Positions 61,936-64,000 of a stretch of 64,000 nucleotides of DNA are shown one piece after another; position 1 is the first letter of the stretch, and every line of letters starts with the position of its first letter. Source of the stretch: Pirellulales bacterium. Lineage in GTDB: Bacteria > Planctomycetota > Planctomycetia > Pirellulales > PALSA-1355. Below the pieces are notes generated by a model, which was not told the DNA's origin, did no database searches, and worked only from the letters and a program-made list of their open reading frames with translations. Where the stretch lies: NCBI GenBank assembly GCA_963733035.1, contig CAVTBU010000005.1, positions 352,001-416,000 on the forward strand, read 5' to 3'. The translations under genes and the position numbers were made by a program.

Positions 61936-63154
61936 GCCACGGGTTCCAGGGGGCTCGATGCTTCGACCGTCCCGGGCAATCCGGCTCGCCAGCTCTGGAG
62001 TTCCCAATAGCGCCGAATGAAGCGCGGCGCACATCGCGTGCTGGCCGTGCGAGCACCGAGGAGAGCCACTGCGATTCAAACCGCAAAGCGTCGTCAAATG
62101 CCGCTTGCGATTCGGGTGGATTCGCCAACCAATTGGCCTCCAGTGCGTCGCGTTCGGACTGAAAGAGCGTGAACAACCGTTCGGGGTCGCGCGTTACTTC
62201 GCGATGAAACAGCTCGTGGCGCCACCATAGCGAGTCGTCGGCGTGAGCGCTCGGCGCGGGGCCAACGTCGATCGGCTGTGCGACCGTGACGGGTTTGAAT
62301 AGGCTCGTACAGGGTGCCGCCGTTCCGGTCACCCAGTGACGACAGGCAGCTGGACGAAGGTCGGCGACCCAGGACGCGGTGGTTTGCGACGAGGCGACCA
62401 GTCCCCCGGCGTGCACGCAAGGCGCGTTCAAGCCACCGTTGAGCCACGAATAGGTCGGCGCCGTGTGACCTTCACCATGGTCTCGCAAGATGCGCATCAT
62501 GTCGGCCGGTCCCTCCGCCTGATCGGCCAGTTGTTGCGTGCGTCCTTGGCGCAAACGGCAGGCCGCGACGCGACCCTTGATCCGGTCGCTATGTCGCTGC
62601 GCAAAGCCGTCGATCGTCAGGCCGTTGGAAATGCTGCGGGCACCGTGAATTTCCTCGACGGCATGAAATCGGCCGGCCGTTTCCAGCACGAACGCCCGCT
62701 GCGGATCGGCCACGACAAAGCTGTTGTGATACATGAAGCCCGGCCGGGCCAGACTGCACGAGCCGCCTTGTCCGTGCGTTTCCAACAGCTCGACGATCGT
62801 CCGCACGGCCAATTCGGCGCTGTCGGCCCGTTCCAGTGCCAGCCGCAACAGGTCCATGCCAAGTAGTCCAGTCTTGGCGTACTTCTGGCGTGTGAACACG
62901 GCTTCATTGCCAATCGTCACTCCGTGCTCATTGCTTCCGATTTCAGCTCCCCACATCCAATACGGGCGGCTGAGCAGCACGGCGTATGTCTCTGCGACCT
63001 GAGGAATCTCGATCCAGGTGCACTTTACGCGCGAGCCCACCGGATGGCTTCGCCTCGGTTGCCAGTCGAGATATTGGGCTTCGTTCGGATCGCGATCGGA
63101 GTTCTTGGCGAACAGCACTCCGTCGGAACGAACGATCGCCAGGGTATCGCACAT
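61907..63154 (-). CDS. C69-family (secernin-like) Ntn dipeptidase; C-terminus probably frameshifted near 62027, with the true stop near 61932
   Basis: N-terminal MCDT (Cys nucleophile), then FAKNSDR.PNE, WGAE.G.NE.GV.IGNEAV, LLGMDLLRLALER and YHNSF. Confidence 0.85.
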   Translation of the reverse strand: MCDTLAIVRSDGVLFAKNSDRDPNEAQYLDWQPRRSHPVGSRVKCTWIEIPQVAETYAVLLSRPYWMWGAEIGSNEHGVTIGNEAVFTRQKYAKTGLLGMDLLRLALERADSAELAVRTIVELLETHGQGGSCSLARPGFMYHNSFVVADPQRAFVLETAGRFHAVEEIHGARSISNGLTIDGFAQRHSDRIKGRVAACRLRQGRTQQLADQAEGPADMMRILRDHGEGHTAPTYSWLNGGLNAPCVHAGGLVASSQTTASWVADLRPAACRHWVTGTAAPCTSLFKPVTVAQPIDVGPAPSAHADDSLWWRHELFHREVTRDPERLFTLFQSERDALEANWLANPPESQAAFDDALRFESQWLSSVLARPARDVRRASFGAIGNSRAGEPDCPGRSKHRAPWNPWPSSSPIRAG

Positions 63155-63184
63155 AATCGGCAGAGCACCAAAGCGGAGTGAGAG

Positions 63185-64000
63185 TCAGGGGCCGCGGGAT
63201 GCGGTCAACTGCGAACCTTCCTTCGACGGCCCGGCCTGCTCGATGGCGTCGAGCAGCTGCTTCTGTGTGATGATATCGCGTAGCACGATTGGCTGATCGG
63301 GTCGGTCGGCCGGGAAGATCGCCAAGAGGGGAATTGACCTGCTCTGCAGCGATTCGAGCATGTTCGTAATCTCGGGGGGACTCTTGGTGTAGTCGGCCAG
63401 CATCGGCACGATCTTGTTGTCTTCGATCGCCTCGCGGACTTCGTCCGTTTCGATCGCCAGCAGAAGATTCGCTTTGCACGACAGACACCAGTCGGCCGTG
63501 AAATCAACGAGCACGGTATTGCCCGACTCTCGCAACCGGGCAAGTTCCGCTGACGAAAACGGCTGCCACGGAATGATCGAGCTGTGTGGCACGAGCCAGG
63601 TGAATGCCACGAATGTAACTATGCCCGCCACCAGAGCCCCTTGCCCCCAAGCCATCAGCTTTTTTCCCAAATCCGCGGCCAGCGACGTGCGCGCAATCCA
63701 CCAGCAGGCCAACCAAAGGCCGACCATCATGGCGAACGTCGGCACGATGTAGTCGCGGTCCATGAAGCTGAGCAGGAACACAATCGTGCCCAAGAGCACA
63801 AAGCCCATCAGATTCTTGAACGTGTCCATCCAGGCGCCGGGCTTCGGGATGAAACGAATTAACGTGGGAAACGCGCCGATGAGTAAATAAGGAGCGGACA
63901 TTCCCAAAGCGATGCAGCCAAACAGCAGGTAGGTAATCGAAGGGGGAGCTTGCAGCGTGAATCCGAACACTGGTCCGAGCGCCGGTCCGCTGCAAGGGGT
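63185..64000 (-). CDS. dsbD: DsbD-family thiol:disulfide interchange protein (N-terminus outside the window)
   Basis: TPCSGP TM-domain Cys, PKPGAWM, and C-terminal thioredoxin VDFTADWCLSCK. Confidence 0.88.
   Translation of the reverse strand, partial: TPCSGPALGPVFGFTLQAPPSITYLLFGCIALGMSAPYLLIGAFPTLIRFIPKPGAWMDTFKNLMGFVLLGTIVFLLSFMDRDYIVPTFAMMVGLWLACWWIARTSLAADLGKKLMAWGQGALVAGIVTFVAFTWLVPHSSIIPWQPFSSAELARLRESGNTVLVDFTADWCLSCKANLLLAIETDEVREAIEDNKIVPMLADYTKSPPEITNMLESLQSRSIPLLAIFPADRPDQPIVLRDIITQKQLLDAIEQAGPSKEGSQLTASRGP

Overview
A GC-rich bacterial chromosomal window, most likely from a planctomycete (Pirellulales-like). This is inferred from fhcD, a Cys-type sulfatase, a short CsrA, and the style of the SH3, STAS and hypothetical proteins. 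It holds about 53 CDS and one tRNA-Glu(TTC). I saw no mobile elements, integrases or CRISPR arrays. Main blocks: (1) a kamA lysine 2,3-aminomutase operon with two divergent Ddl-like ATP-grasp ligases flanking a papain/alpha-beta-hydrolase fusion, followed by an LssY-C protein; this is the best candidate for an uncharacterised beta-amino-acid peptide system; (2) a MoxR-DUF58-DUF4129-HEAT/VWA cluster; (3) a NagB-like gene with a PIG-L deacetylase, then a STAS/RsbW partner switch; (4) assorted catabolic and transport genes; (5) a complex I cluster (nuoI, DUF2203, nuoA-C-D-H-J-K-L-M-N) that lacks nuoB and nuoEFG and has large loop insertions; (6) csrA, tRNA-Glu and hemH; (7) a 5-formyl-THF cyclo-ligase next to fhcD, then an ABC transporter, ALDH, purM, a CNNM protein, a C69 peptidase and dsbD. 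Seven apparent frameshifts all lie at or beside GCGC. That pattern suggests sequencing errors, possibly linked to methylation, rather than real pseudogenes. All calls come from motif recognition by eye; no searches were run.
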